DNA from: Gemmatimonadota bacterium | GTDB taxonomy: Bacteria > Gemmatimonadota > Gemmatimonadetes > Longimicrobiales > Gaopeijiaceae | Direction of reading: 5' to 3' | Length of the DNA stretch: 30,122 bases | Assembly: GCA_039589315.1 (NCBI GenBank) | Contig: JBDHHQ010000112.1 | Span: forward strand, 1 to 30,122 | Part shown: piece after piece, positions 1 to 9,759 of the stretch | How the letters are laid out: every line of letters starts with the position of its first letter | Numbering within the stretch: position 1 is the first letter of the stretch | Translations under genes and position numbers: made by a program | The notes under the pieces: generated by a model | The model's input: only the letters and a program-made list of their open reading frames with translations | What the model was told of the DNA's origin: nothing | Databases searched by the model: none

Positions 1-1296
1 GTGATGGTGGCCGTCCTGTTCGGACTGAGCCCGGCGTTTCACATGTCTCGTACGTCGGTGGCTGACGTGCTGGCCCGCTCCGGTGGTCGCGGCCGTGGCA
101 GGGGCGGGGACGCCAGGTCCCGGTCGGTGCTCCTGGCATCCGAGGTGGCCCTGTCGGTGGTCCTCCTGGTGGGTGCCGGTCTGCTGCTGCGCACCTTCGT
201 CGAGCTTCACCAGGTAGAGCTCGGGTACGAGACGGAGGAGATCCTCCGCTTCCGCGTGGACCTCCCCTCGGCCCGCTACAGCGAGCTGGAGCAGGTGGCG
301 GCGTTCTACGCGGAGCTGGAGGAGCAGATCGCGGCGCTCCCGGGCGTGGCGGCCGTGGGGTCCGTGTTCGGCGCCCCGTTGGGGGTGGGCAACGTGTCCG
401 GCGAGATCATCGTGGACGGCCGGCGCACTCCAGAGATCGGCCAGGAGACGTACGGGTCCCTCCGGCCTGTCACACCGGGATACCTGGAGACCATGCGCAT
501 CCCCGTGCTGCGGGGCCGTGGCATCCAGGCCTCCGACGGCACGGACGATCCTCCCGTGGCCCTGGTCAACGAGACCTTGGTCCGGCAGACATTCCCGGGA
601 GAGGACCCCCTCGGCCAACGGCTCGAGCTCACGATCGACATCGGCTTCGGGAGTCCCCAGTACACCGTCGTGGGGATCGTTCCCGACATCCGCTCCCGGT
701 CGCTGACCCGTGACCCCGTGCCGGAGCTGTACGCGCCGCACGCGCAGGTGGGCGCGGGCTTCCAGACCGTGGCAGTGCGCGGTGCGGCGGGGGTGCGAGG
801 GCTCGTGGGGCCCATCCGGGACATCGTCCGCCGCATGGATCCGGCCCTGCCGCTCCGGTACGTCGAGACCATGACCGAGGCCGTGTCCCGGCAGGCCGCG
901 CCGACTCGCTTCTATCTCCTACTGGTGGGTGTATTCGCGGCGCTCGCGCTGTTGCTGGCCGGGATCGGCCTATACGGCGTCGTCTCCTACCTGGTCTCGC
1001 AGAGGACTCGCGAGATCGGAGTGCGGATGGCCTTGGGCGCGGAACAGCCCGCCATCGTCGGCCTGGTTCTGCGACAGGGCATTCGTCCCGCCACCTGGGG
1101 TCTGGTCGTGGGGTTGGGCGCGGCGCTGGTCGGCTCGCGCGTCATGGAGAGCCTCCTGTTCGGCGTCGCGCCCCGGGACCCGGCAGTGTTCGTGGGCGTG
1201 CCGGTGGTGCTGCTGTTCGTGGTGCTCGCGGCGGCCATCCTGCCGGCGTGGCGGGCGAGTCGCGTGGATCCGGTGCGGGCTCTGCGATCGGAGTAG
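1..1296 (+). CDS. ABC transporter permease, MacB/FtsX (ADOP duplicated-permease type), C-terminal half; truncated by window start
   Basis: Motifs '[19 protein letters not shown]', '[17 protein letters not shown]', '[27 protein letters not shown]' and C-terminal '[17 protein letters not shown]' are typical of MacB/FtsX permeases. The frame is open from base 1. Confidence 0.93.
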   Translation: MMVAVLFGLSPAFHMSRTSVADVLARSGGRGRGRGGDARSRSVLLASEVALSVVLLVGAGLLLRTFVELHQVELGYETEEILRFRVDLPSARYSELEQVAAFYAELEEQIAALPGVAAVGSVFGAPLGVGNVSGEIIVDGRRTPEIGQETYGSLRPVTPGYLETMRIPVLRGRGIQASDGTDDPPVALVNETLVRQTFPGEDPLGQRLELTIDIGFGSPQYTVVGIVPDIRSRSLTRDPVPELYAPHAQVGAGFQTVAVRGAAGVRGLVGPIRDIVRRMDPALPLRYVETMTEAVSRQAAPTRFYLLLVGVFAALALLLAGIGLYGVVSYLVSQRTREIGVRMALGAEQPAIVGLVLRQGIRPATWGLVVGLGAALVGSRVMESLLFGVAPRDPAVFVGVPVVLLFVVLAAAILPAWRASRVDPVRALRSE

Positions 1297-1403
1297 CGGC
1301 CCGGTCCTCTCGATGGAACCCCTGCCCGGGCCCCTGCCACTACGGTGCCGCGCTCGGGCCGCTCCACGGCGAGACACCGCTGCGCACCTCGCCGGGCACC
1401 GGA

Positions 1404-2666
1404 TCACACCATCAACCCCACGACGTCTGCCAGATCCTGAGCGCTCACGTCATCGAAGTCGTCGAACTCCAGGGGCTCCCGCTCGGCGATCTCGGCAGGG
1501 ACACGCGCGACCAGCTCACTGAAGGCCTCGCCGTCCAGCCCCTCGATCAGGCGGGCGAAGGACTCGGCTTCGGGGGAAGCGGGCAGCTCCCGTCGGTACA
1601 GGCGCGCGATGCTCTGGAGCATGGGCAGGTAGGGCTCCAGCTGGGCGGTCGTGGAAGCGGCCTCGCTGTCGACCCACGCCACGGGGACCTTGGCGATCGA
1701 GCCTGGACGGTCGAGCTGGACCCGGAGCAGGAACTCCACGTCGAAGGAAAAGCCGTTGTCACGGGTGTCCTCGATCCAGGTGGCCAGGTGAGCCGCGTCG
1801 AAGGCCTTGAACCCGCACTGCGTGTCGATGATGCCCCCGAGCTGAGGGATCAGGCGCTTCCAGAGGTAGATGAACAGCTTGCCGCGGACGTTCCTCGTCC
1901 CGGTCTTCACCACCGCGGACGACGGTTCGCGCCGTGACCCTATGGCGGCCAGGCGGTTCGAGGTGACCAGCGGCGCGGCCAGAAGGCCGATCTGACCCAG
2001 GTGGGTGGAGAGATCGGCGTCCGTAAAGAGGGCCACGTGGTGCCCGGCACGGGTGGTCTGAGCCGCAGACCAGAGGCCGAGCCGGATGGAGCCGCCCTTC
2101 TGGCTCTGGCCGGTCGACTCCAGATCCCGCGTGATGGGAAGCCCTTCCCGGATCGCCTCCTCCAGGAACAGGACGCGTGCCTCTTCCTCGGGTCCCGCGA
2201 ATTGTTCAAGGATCTCCGTTGCCAGCCTCCCGCTTCCCTCGGGGCAGCCGTCGTCCACGACCGTGAGGTCCCAGGTATGGCGCGGCGTCGGTCCGAAGAG
2301 CCAGCGAAGCTGCCTCAGCTTCTCACGTAGGAAATCCTCGCCCGCCGGATGCTCCTCGGACGTGAGGATGCGCAGATGCTCCTTGTACATCGCGAAGACC
2401 ACCGACACGTGGACCGAGCGCTCGGTCTGCCCGAGCAGGCGTCGGCTGATGGCCAGCTTGAGGGCGACGCGAAGGGGGAGCGGCAGGGCTTCGTCGGTCA
2501 CGAGGTGGACGTCGGTCGCCCGGAGCTGGGCGGCCGATTCGCTCGCTCGCTCGAGCGCCTCCGCGCGTGTTCTCACCTCCTCCAGGTGCCCTGGATTGGT
2601 GAGATCGAGCTCCAGGGGCGCGCCCTGGGCAAGCGTCTCCATCACTTCCCGTGGGATGAGGTTCAT
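1404..2666 (-). CDS. GT2 glycosyltransferase, dolichyl-phosphate beta-glucosyltransferase (ALG5)-like, with N-terminal extension
   Basis: Motifs VVDDGC, QKGGSIRLG, DxD motif TDADLST, AIGSRR, DTQCGFKAF, FSFDVEFLL and KVPVAW match the DPG-synthase-like GT2 pattern. Confidence 0.8.
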   Translation of the reverse strand: MNLIPREVMETLAQGAPLELDLTNPGHLEEVRTRAEALERASESAAQLRATDVHLVTDEALPLPLRVALKLAISRRLLGQTERSVHVSVVFAMYKEHLRILTSEEHPAGEDFLREKLRQLRWLFGPTPRHTWDLTVVDDGCPEGSGRLATEILEQFAGPEEEARVLFLEEAIREGLPITRDLESTGQSQKGGSIRLGLWSAAQTTRAGHHVALFTDADLSTHLGQIGLLAAPLVTSNRLAAIGSRREPSSAVVKTGTRNVRGKLFIYLWKRLIPQLGGIIDTQCGFKAFDAAHLATWIEDTRDNGFSFDVEFLLRVQLDRPGSIAKVPVAWVDSEAASTTAQLEPYLPMLQSIARLYRRELPASPEAESFARLIEGLDGEAFSELVARVPAEIAEREPLEFDDFDDVSAQDLADVVGLMV

Positions 2667-2701
2667 GATCGGGTGGGGATGGTGTAGGCTCGAGGCAAGG
2701 G

Positions 2702-2727
2702 ACCGGGAGAGCCGTGGCTCTCCCGGT
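2702..2727 (-). terminator. GC-rich hairpin downstream of the amidohydrolase gene (putative terminator or stabiliser)
   Basis: ACCGGGAGAGC-CGTG-GCTCTCCCGGT forms a perfect 11-bp stem with a 4-nt loop about 70 nt after the stop at 2799. The U-tract is weak. Confidence 0.5.
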
Positions 2728-2798
2728 TCCAGGGGACCCGGGTCTGGAGATCGGCGGTCGGTTCGTGGATTCGGTTGTCGGGGCTCTTCCGGACTCGT

Positions 2799-4382
2799 CT
2801 AGCGCCCCCCGTCCTGCGTCGTCACCCGCACCGTCGGATACTCGATGCCCAGTTGCTCCAGGTAGGTGTCGTACTCCGTCTCGTCGAAGTAGTACTGCTC
2901 CAGGAGCGGCCGGAACCGTTCCATGATCTCCTTGTTCAGGTGTGTGGGCGGGGGGTCGTCGGGGCCGAGGAACGGAACGTACTCCTGCTCCGCCGTCTGC
3001 ACGTCGCTGTAGTAGGTCCAGGCCTCCGCCACGAGCTGGGGATCCGAGAAGAGCTCCAGGGCAGTGCGGGCCATGACCTTCGCGCCCGCGGTGGCGCCCT
3101 TGTGGGCGATCGGCGTGGCCATGGCGATGGCGTTGGACCAGTGGTGGCCCTGGAGGCCGGGGATGTTCGACGGAAAGCGCAGCGTGACCGTGGGCGCCTG
3201 CCACGAGATGTCGCCGATGTCGTCCGAGCCTCCGCTCCGGGGGGTTTCCGGAGGACCACTCAGATCGTCCAGCTCCGTCTCGAGGCCATCCGGGTCGCTG
3301 TCGACCTCTTGCTGGACGGCCCTGGCCAATGTCTGATCGGCCTCGCTCCACGTGGGCAGGCCCACGTCCTGGATGTGCTCGTACATGGCTTCGGCCACGA
3401 CCTTGTTGAAGTGCCGAGGCCACGCCGTGCCCAGGATCCGGTAGCTCATCTCGGTGTCGGTCATGGTTGCCGCGCCTTCGGCGATGCGGACGCCGGCATC
3501 CAGGTTGGCCTTGATGTGGTCGTAGTCCATTTCCCGGAAGAAATACCACACCGAGGCCTGGGGCGGCACGACGTTGGGCTGGTCGCCGCCGTCCACGACG
3601 ACGTAGTGAGAGCGCTGCAACGGCCGCAGGTGCTCGCGCTTGAAGTTCCAGCCCACGTTCATGAGCTCGACGGCATCCAGGGAGCTCCGGGCGCGCCACG
3701 GCGAGCCGGCGCTGTGCGCGGACTCACCGGCGAAGGTGAACTCGACCGACACGAGGCCGGTCCCGGAGCCCGAGCCCCAGCTCACGCTCAGGTTGTTGCT
3801 CACGTGGGTGAAGAGCACGATGTCCACGTCCTCGAACCAGCCCTCCCGAACGAACCAGGCCTTGCTGGCCAGCTGCTCCTCGGCCACCCCAGGCCAGAGG
3901 ATGAGCGTCCCCGGCATCCCTTCACGTTCCATGATCTTCTTGAGCGCCAGGGCGGCGGTGACGTTCACGGCCTGACCGGAGTTGTGCCCTTCGCCGTGGC
4001 CCGGCGCGCCCTCGATGATGGGATCGTGGTAGGCTACGCCCGGCTTCTGGTTGGACTTGGGGATGCCGTCGATGTCGGAGCCGAAGGCGATCACCGGCTC
4101 GCCGGACCCCCACGTGGCCCACCAGGCGGTGGGCATGCCCGCGATGCCACGTTCGATGCTGAAGCCGTTCTCCTGGAGGATCCCGGTGACGTAGGCCGAG
4201 GTCTCGACCTCCTGCTGACCCAGCTCGGAGAAGCTGAAGATCTTGTCTACCATGACCTGGGTGAGCTTGCTCATGGCTTCGACCTCGCCCTCCACCTCGC
4301 GGACGAGATCGTCGTCGACCTGGGCGGTGGTGGCAGCGGGGAGCGCCAGCAGCAATGTGATGAACAGTGCAATCCGTCTCAT
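2799..4382 (-). CDS. Secreted M20 amidohydrolase, AbgB (aminobenzoyl-glutamate utilisation B)-like
   Basis: Sec signal MRRIALFITLLLALPAATTA. Motifs FSELGQQE, DIDGIP, GHGEGHN, GVAEE, GESAHSAGSPW, GGDQPNVVP and GGSDDIGDISW. Confidence 0.9.
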   Translation of the reverse strand: MRRIALFITLLLALPAATTAQVDDDLVREVEGEVEAMSKLTQVMVDKIFSFSELGQQEVETSAYVTGILQENGFSIERGIAGMPTAWWATWGSGEPVIAFGSDIDGIPKSNQKPGVAYHDPIIEGAPGHGEGHNSGQAVNVTAALALKKIMEREGMPGTLILWPGVAEEQLASKAWFVREGWFEDVDIVLFTHVSNNLSVSWGSGSGTGLVSVEFTFAGESAHSAGSPWRARSSLDAVELMNVGWNFKREHLRPLQRSHYVVVDGGDQPNVVPPQASVWYFFREMDYDHIKANLDAGVRIAEGAATMTDTEMSYRILGTAWPRHFNKVVAEAMYEHIQDVGLPTWSEADQTLARAVQQEVDSDPDGLETELDDLSGPPETPRSGGSDDIGDISWQAPTVTLRFPSNIPGLQGHHWSNAIAMATPIAHKGATAGAKVMARTALELFSDPQLVAEAWTYYSDVQTAEQEYVPFLGPDDPPPTHLNKEIMERFRPLLEQYYFDETEYDTYLEQLGIEYPTVRVTTQDGGR

Positions 4383-4436
4383 GGCTCTCGGGGTTTGGGG
4401 AGTCGAGAAGTCGTAGAGGTCCCGCCCGTCGTAAGC

Positions 4437-5732
4437 TCAGGCCATCTGTCCAAAGGGGTTCTCGAGGGAGGGGCTTTGAGGCGTGAACAGCTCCGCACCC
4501 TCCTCGGTGATCACCATATCGTCTTCCAATCGAACGCCGAACTCGCCCGGAATGTAGATGCCTGGCTCGTCGCTGAACGTCATGCCGGGCTCCAGGAGCA
4601 TGGTGTTGCCCTTGACCAGGTAGGGCCACTCGTGCCCATCCATGCCCATGCCGTGGCCCACCCGGTGGGTGAAGTAGGTGTATCCCGGTCCGTATCCCGC
4701 ATTCTCGATCACAGTGCGCGCCGCGGCGTCCACCGCTTGGGCCTCGACACCGGGGCCGGCCGCCTCCAGCGCGGCGGTCTGAGCCCTGAGCTCGATCTCG
4801 AAGACGTCGTTCATCTTCTGCGTCGCCCTGCCCAGAACGAAGGTTCGGCTGATGTCGGACCGGTACCCCTCCACCGAGCAGCCGCCGTCGATGAGGATGA
4901 TCGTGCCTTCCTGGATGACCTGGGGGGTCGCGGAGCCGTGGGGCAGCGCCGAGTACTGCCCCGTCTGTACGCTCGCGTAGCCTTGCGTACCCTGGCGCTC
5001 GTGGGCCATGGACACGAGCCGACCGAAGTCCCGCTGGGTCATGCCCTCTTCCATGGCAAGGTACGCGGCCTCGTAGGCCTTGAGGGTGATCTCCGACGCG
5101 AGGCGCATGAGCTCCAGCTCGTGGGCGTCCTTGACCATTCGGCATCCGGCCGTGACCGGCGTTGCGTCGGGGAGTTCCAGAGCGGGGGCGGCTTGGGCCA
5201 CGCCGTCGCTGAACACGAATCGGACGGTCTCCTCTATGCCGAGGCGGCCCGTGGTCACTCCCGCGTCGCGAAGACCCTGGGCAATGAGCCGATATGGATC
5301 CCCGTCCTCTTCCCACGTGAGCACCGGCGTGTCGGCACCGAACGGTCCAAGGGCGAGTTGCTCCCGGGCGCGCTCCTCCTCGAAGGCGGGGCAGACGACG
5401 AAGGCGCCCCCGTCGGCAGGAACCACGAGTGACAAGAGCCGCTCGCTCAGGCCCCAGCGGATCCCCGAGTAGTAGACCAGCGACGTTCCGCCCGTGAGCA
5501 TCATGGCATCGATACCGTTGCCTCGCATGAGACGACGGGCCTTCTCCACCCGGGCGGAACGCTCGTCAGTGGAGATGGGCGTGGCTCGGTGCGTCTGGTG
5601 CTCGAGGGCGGCGATCGAAGCCGGGAGGTCCTGGTCCGTGGCTCCGCTCAGCTGCGCTGGGAGCTGGTTCTGGCACGCGGTGCCAGCCATGGCGGCGGAA
5701 GAGATCCCCAGAAAGTGACGACGTGACAGCAT
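4437..5732 (-). CDS. Xaa-Pro peptidase family (M24) with Tat signal, 431 aa
   Basis: The likely start is ATG at 5732 (MLSRRHFLG, twin-arginine), with AGAGGA SD upstream. The metal ligand set is canonical: LIDGG, YRSDISRT, HRVGHG, SDEPG, RLED. Confidence 0.92.
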   Translation of the reverse strand: MLSRRHFLGISSAAMAGTACQNQLPAQLSGATDQDLPASIAALEHQTHRATPISTDERSARVEKARRLMRGNGIDAMMLTGGTSLVYYSGIRWGLSERLLSLVVPADGGAFVVCPAFEEERAREQLALGPFGADTPVLTWEEDGDPYRLIAQGLRDAGVTTGRLGIEETVRFVFSDGVAQAAPALELPDATPVTAGCRMVKDAHELELMRLASEITLKAYEAAYLAMEEGMTQRDFGRLVSMAHERQGTQGYASVQTGQYSALPHGSATPQVIQEGTIILIDGGCSVEGYRSDISRTFVLGRATQKMNDVFEIELRAQTAALEAAGPGVEAQAVDAAARTVIENAGYGPGYTYFTHRVGHGMGMDGHEWPYLVKGNTMLLEPGMTFSDEPGIYIPGEFGVRLEDDMVITEEGAELFTPQSPSLENPFGQMA

Positions 5733-6062
5733 GGGCGGTTCCTCTACTGGTGACAGGCAGATGGGCCAGCATCGGGAGCGGACGGGCATGATAGGTTGGC
5801 CCGGGTTTTCGCGCACCGCCGAGCACCGGCCGAAGGCCCGCCGCAGTCGGCCGGGGTCCGGAGAGGGCGGGCACAGTTCGGGGCGCCCTGCGCAGGAGGC
5901 GGGCGCCTGCGCCTCGTGATGTCGCCGAAGCCGGGCGGGCGGGGAAACGAAGGAACTGCCGTCCACCCTCGTAGAGGACGGTAGAGCGACGGACTGCGGG
6001 CTACCGCCCCCTCGGCGGTGGGTCGACAACCGGCGAAGACGTCCTGAGCCCGGAGGAATCCA

Positions 6063-6902
6063 ATGGCAGGCAGGCTTTCCAACAGCTTCGCGCTCATGAA
6101 GGCCAGCGCAGGTGTGCTCAAGGCCGACAAGGAGCTGATGTTCTTTCCGGCCATCTCGGGCGTGGCGTCCATGCTCGTGGCCGCGACGTTCTTCGTGCCG
6201 GCGTGGACGATGGGCCTCTTCGAGCAGATGACGAGCAACGACGTCGTGGCCTACCTGTTCCTCTTCGCCTTCTACCTGGTGGAGTACACGGTCGTGTTCT
6301 TCTTCAACACGGCCCTGGTCGGCGCAGCGCTGATCCGGCTGGAGGGAGGCGATCCCACGGTGGCGGACGGCTTGAACATCGCAATGTCGAAGTTCACCAA
6401 GATCCTTGGCTACGCCGCCATTGCGGCGACCGTCGGAATGGTGCTGCGGGCCCTCTCGGAGCGCATGGGCGCGCTGGGTCGATTCGTGATCGGTCTCGTG
6501 GGGATGGCCTGGAACCTGGCGACGTTCCTGGTGGTGCCGGTGCTGGTCACCCGCGACGTGGGACCCGCGGACGCCATCAAGGAGAGCGCGGCACTGTTCA
6601 AGCGTACCTGGGGTGAACAGGTGGTGGGCAACGCGGGGTTGGGCCTCGCATTCTTCCTGATGTTCACCTCGTTGGCCCTGTTCGCGGCCCTCTTCACCGC
6701 CCTGGCCGCACAGCTCGCGCCCTTCGCCGTGGTGGGGGTCATCGTGACCTTCGGCGCTGGGTTCGTGGCGCTGGCCCTGGCCGCGTCGGCCATGAGCGGT
6801 ATCTACTCCGCTGCCTTGTACCGGTACGCCACCACGGGCGAGGCAGCAGGTGAGTTCGATAGCAGGCTGCTGGGGAGCGCGTTCCGGCCCAAGGGACGGT
6901 AG
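6063..6902 (+). CDS. Integral membrane protein, DUF6159-like
   Basis: GGAGGA SD before ATG and several hydrophobic helices. Motifs 'VLKADKELMFFP', 'WNLATFLVVPVLV', 'AIKESAALFKRTWGEQ' and 'IYSAALYRYA'. Confidence 0.8.
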   Translation: MAGRLSNSFALMKASAGVLKADKELMFFPAISGVASMLVAATFFVPAWTMGLFEQMTSNDVVAYLFLFAFYLVEYTVVFFFNTALVGAALIRLEGGDPTVADGLNIAMSKFTKILGYAAIAATVGMVLRALSERMGALGRFVIGLVGMAWNLATFLVVPVLVTRDVGPADAIKESAALFKRTWGEQVVGNAGLGLAFFLMFTSLALFAALFTALAAQLAPFAVVGVIVTFGAGFVALALAASAMSGIYSAALYRYATTGEAAGEFDSRLLGSAFRPKGR

Positions 6903-6931
6903 CGAGCGGCTCGACACCACAGCTCAACTGC

Positions 6932-6967
6932 ACCGCCCGCCGCCTCCGCTTCCGGGCGGCGGGCGGT
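6932..6967. terminator. Putative bidirectional terminator hairpin between convergent genes
   Basis: ACCGCCCGCCGCC (6932-6944) and GGCGGCGGGCGGT (6955-6967) form a perfect 13-bp stem with a 10-nt loop, between the stops at 6902 (+) and 6973 (-). Confidence 0.6.
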
Positions 6968-6972
6968 CTTGG

Positions 6973-8553
6973 TCAGGCGGGGTCGCGCGGGCGTTGGGCG
7001 GCGGTCGCGATCGGTCCCGCCGGCGCGACATCACCCACCACCCGCACCCGGATCCGGCGGGCGTCCCCCGGCAGGTAGGATACGGGGATGTCGTCCACCT
7101 CCACGGTGCGCAGCGTCTGGCCGTCTGCCCCTGCCTGCACCGCTCGCTCACGGGCCCGCGCCGTCGCTTCGGCGATGGCCTCTTGGCGGCTCCGGTCTTG
7201 GAAGATCCGGTCCACCTCACCGCTGACCTGGGCGATGGCGGCCCCAACCGCGTTCGCTACATCGGCCCGTTCGGCGTGCACGACGTCGCTGATTCCCTCC
7301 ACGTGGTCGGGAACCAAGAAGGCGGCGCCGCCGACGGCCACCAGGGGAAGGGACGCGGCGTCGGCCTTCATGCGGTCGACGCCCTCCGCCACCATGGCGT
7401 GCATCCTAGCGAGGAGGGCGTCGCTCTCTCCCGCCGGCAACCCCACCCGGTACCCGGCGCCCAGCTCCGCCAGCCCCGCAGCGACGGCTACGTCCGTGGC
7501 CGTGAGCGTATCTCCACCGAATACCAGAGCCTCATCCGTCAGCCGGTACCCGACACTGTCAGGGCCCACCGTATTGGCCGCGCGGTCAACGATGGACCCG
7601 CCACCCAGGCCAAGAGACAGCAGGTCGGGCATCCGGAAAGCGGTGCGCACGCCGCCCACTTCGACAACGGCATTGGCTTCTCTGGGGAACCCCGAGCGCA
7701 GGTGCCCGATGTCGGTGGTCGTCCCTCCGACGTCCACCACCATGGCGTCCTGGATCCCGGTAAGGTAAGCGGCGCCTCGCATGCTGTTGGTGGGGCCCGA
7801 TGCGAAGGAAAGGACCGGCAAGCGGGTAGCCACCGGGGCGCTCATGACCGTGCCGTCGTTCTGCGTCAGGAACAGGGGAGCCTCGATGCCCGCTTCGGCG
7901 ACAGCCGCCTCGAACGCCCGTATCGTGCCTTCGGCCAGCGGCGTGAGGGTGGCGTTGAGCAGCGTCGCGTTCTCCCGCTCCAGTAGGCCGATGCGCCCGA
8001 GCTCGTGAGACGTGCTGATCGAGACCCCCGGTGCGGTTTCCTCGACGATTTCTGAGGCCGCCGTCTCGCAGGCGTCCGTCAGGGGCGAAAAAACCGAGCA
8101 GATGGCGATGGCCTCGATGCCAGCGTCACGGACGTGCTCCGCGAACCGCCGAACGGCCTCGACATCCAACGGGACGAGAGGAGTCCCGTCATACTCGTGC
8201 CCACCGCGAACCATGCACACCTCGCCCCGGACCACCTCCCGTAGCTGGGCCGGCCAATCGACGAAGGGGGGAAGCGAAGCGCTCGCGGGGAGACCGATCC
8301 GGAGCGCGGCTACCGGGACCAACCCCCGGCGTCGGACCACCGCGTTGGTGAAGTGGGTGGTGCCGATCATCACGGCGTCCGTCCGGCGCACGTCGGGGGC
8401 CGCATCGGCCAGCTTCGCCAGCGCGTCGACGATGCCGCCGGTGACGTCTTCGGTCGTGGGCGTCTTGACCGAAGCGGTCACCCGGCCGTCCTCGATGAGA
8501 ACCGCGTCGGTGTTGGTGCCGCCGACGTCGATGCCCACGCGCCGGGCAATCAC
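6973..8553 (-). CDS. Hydantoinase/oxoprolinase family protein (HyuA-like ATP-binding subunit)
   Basis: Motifs GIDVGGTNTDAV, GTTHFTNA, GGHEYDG, ERENATLLNA, SGPTNSMRGA, VDVGGTTTD, GLGGGS and ANAVGAA. Confidence 0.92.
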   Translation of the reverse strand: MIARRVGIDVGGTNTDAVLIEDGRVTASVKTPTTEDVTGGIVDALAKLADAAPDVRRTDAVMIGTTHFTNAVVRRRGLVPVAALRIGLPASASLPPFVDWPAQLREVVRGEVCMVRGGHEYDGTPLVPLDVEAVRRFAEHVRDAGIEAIAICSVFSPLTDACETAASEIVEETAPGVSISTSHELGRIGLLERENATLLNATLTPLAEGTIRAFEAAVAEAGIEAPLFLTQNDGTVMSAPVATRLPVLSFASGPTNSMRGAAYLTGIQDAMVVDVGGTTTDIGHLRSGFPREANAVVEVGGVRTAFRMPDLLSLGLGGGSIVDRAANTVGPDSVGYRLTDEALVFGGDTLTATDVAVAAGLAELGAGYRVGLPAGESDALLARMHAMVAEGVDRMKADAASLPLVAVGGAAFLVPDHVEGISDVVHAERADVANAVGAAIAQVSGEVDRIFQDRSRQEAIAEATARARERAVQAGADGQTLRTVEVDDIPVSYLPGDARRIRVRVVGDVAPAGPIATAAQRPRDPA

Positions 8554-8614
8554 GGGAGGTGCCGCGTCGGGGCGCCGGCGAACCCCCCCCGGGAGCGGGG
8601 CTCTACGGCCGCCG

Positions 8615-9674
8615 TCATTCGAACGCCGACACGTGGTCCATGTCGTACCCGAAGGCCCTCGGGCTCACGTGATCCAGGCCCTTGGGCGTCTTCTGCAGGG
8701 CCGGGGCCGGCAGCGCCACGACGGTCACCCGCTGCCCGTAGCGGAGCGTCTCGGTGCCGACGGCGTCACCCGACTCCGTGTCCAGCACCGCGATGATGTC
8801 CGGCACGGTGACCACTGCAACGCCATCCCGGCGGGCCACGGCGAACTCGTTCTGGAAATCGAGCTCGAGGGTGGCGCCACCGTCGTGATCGAGGCCGGCC
8901 ACGCGAGCCTGGCCCCGGAGGAAGCCCCCGGTCGTGACCCGGTCCACGGCGCACGCCCTCGCCTTCTTGGAGCACGGCCTCGACCGGATCGGCGTGTCTG
9001 GACCGTGCGGTCAGCACGGCTCGTCCGAGGCCAATCGCCTGCGTGACCGTGTGGAGGATTGCCCACGCCTTCACCTCGGCCCCGGTCCGCGGCGCCTTGC
9101 AGGTGGCTGCGATGGACCCCACCGCGGTACACACGGCCCGGCTGATGCGCTCCATCCACTCCCAACTCTCAGCGCAGGGGATCACCACCTCGTTGTCCCG
9201 GACGTCCGCCAGCGTCAGGGGGTAGGGCCGGAGGTCGCCGATGGCGAAGCTGGTCATGGGGGCCGTGGGGTAGGCGCGGCCCATGGTATCGGCGTCCAGC
9301 ACGGGTAGGTCCATGAGGGCGGCGACCAGGAACGGCTGGAAGGCGTTGCCCCCACCGATCTCCAGGGACATGACCGCGTCGAAGCGCCGGCGCAGGTGCG
9401 CCTCCATGAGCTGGACCGGCTTCGCCGCCAGCGCGGGGTCCGTGAGGCGCTCCTGGCCTACGATGGGCGCGCCCATGTTCGAGACCACGGCCACCAGGGC
9501 GTCGTCAGCCAGCGCCGACGGGTCCATTAAGGCAACGCGCGTGCCGCTGTCGTAGAGTCGCCGCAGGTTCAGGTAGGCGTGATACGGGCTTCCGCCTCCA
9601 CCGGCTCCCAGGATCCAGGCGCCGATTGCCAGCGGCTCGAGCTCGTCCGCTGTCAGATTGCGTCGTGTGGACAT
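8615..9674 (-). pseudogene. DUF917 domain protein, frameshifted at about 8948
   Basis: The N-terminal part (start ATG 9674; GAWILGAGGGGSP, EIGGGN, DADTMGRAYP) is in one frame and the C-terminal part (DRVTTGGFLRG, FQNEF, VPDIIAVLD, TETLRYGQRV, PRAFGYD) is in another. The span is 1060 nt, not a multiple of 3. Confidence 0.85.
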
Positions 9675-9759
9675 GGGCGACGTATAGCCACCATGGGCGA
9701 AGGGGCACAAGGCAGGGCGGTGCGTGGCCCGCTTCCGAGGCGTGCGCTATGCTCGGGTC
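9675..9759. promoter_or_regulatory. Compact divergent promoter region with -10-like hexamers 6 nt before each ATG (leaderless-type)
   Basis: On the + strand, TATGCT (9748-9753) is followed by 6 nt and then ATG 9760. On the - strand, TATACG (9686-9681) is followed by 6 nt and then ATG 9674. Neither gene has an SD. Confidence 0.45.

Noticed and set aside
2775..5432. 885-aa + strand ORF and other long alternative-frame ORFs (e.g. 12592-14073, 18526-20157, 14598-15899)
   Set aside because: These are antisense shadows of well-supported genes, expected in GC-rich DNA. Their composition is Arg/Gly/Pro/His-rich with no recognisable motifs.
5733..6062. 330-bp divergent spacer as a riboswitch/ncRNA or ECF promoter (GGAACT at about 5952)
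   Set aside because: I recognise no riboswitch consensus and the ECF -35/-10 spacing is unconvincing. An Rfam cmscan would be needed.
5733..6920. Apparent 396-aa N-terminal extension making the M24 protein 827 aa
   Set aside because: It is antisense to the membrane protein gene at 6063-6902. The SD and Tat signal define the start at 5732.
8583..8590. C8 homopolymer as a phase-variation tract
   Set aside because: It is intergenic, short for such GC-rich DNA, and not at the DUF917 frameshift site.
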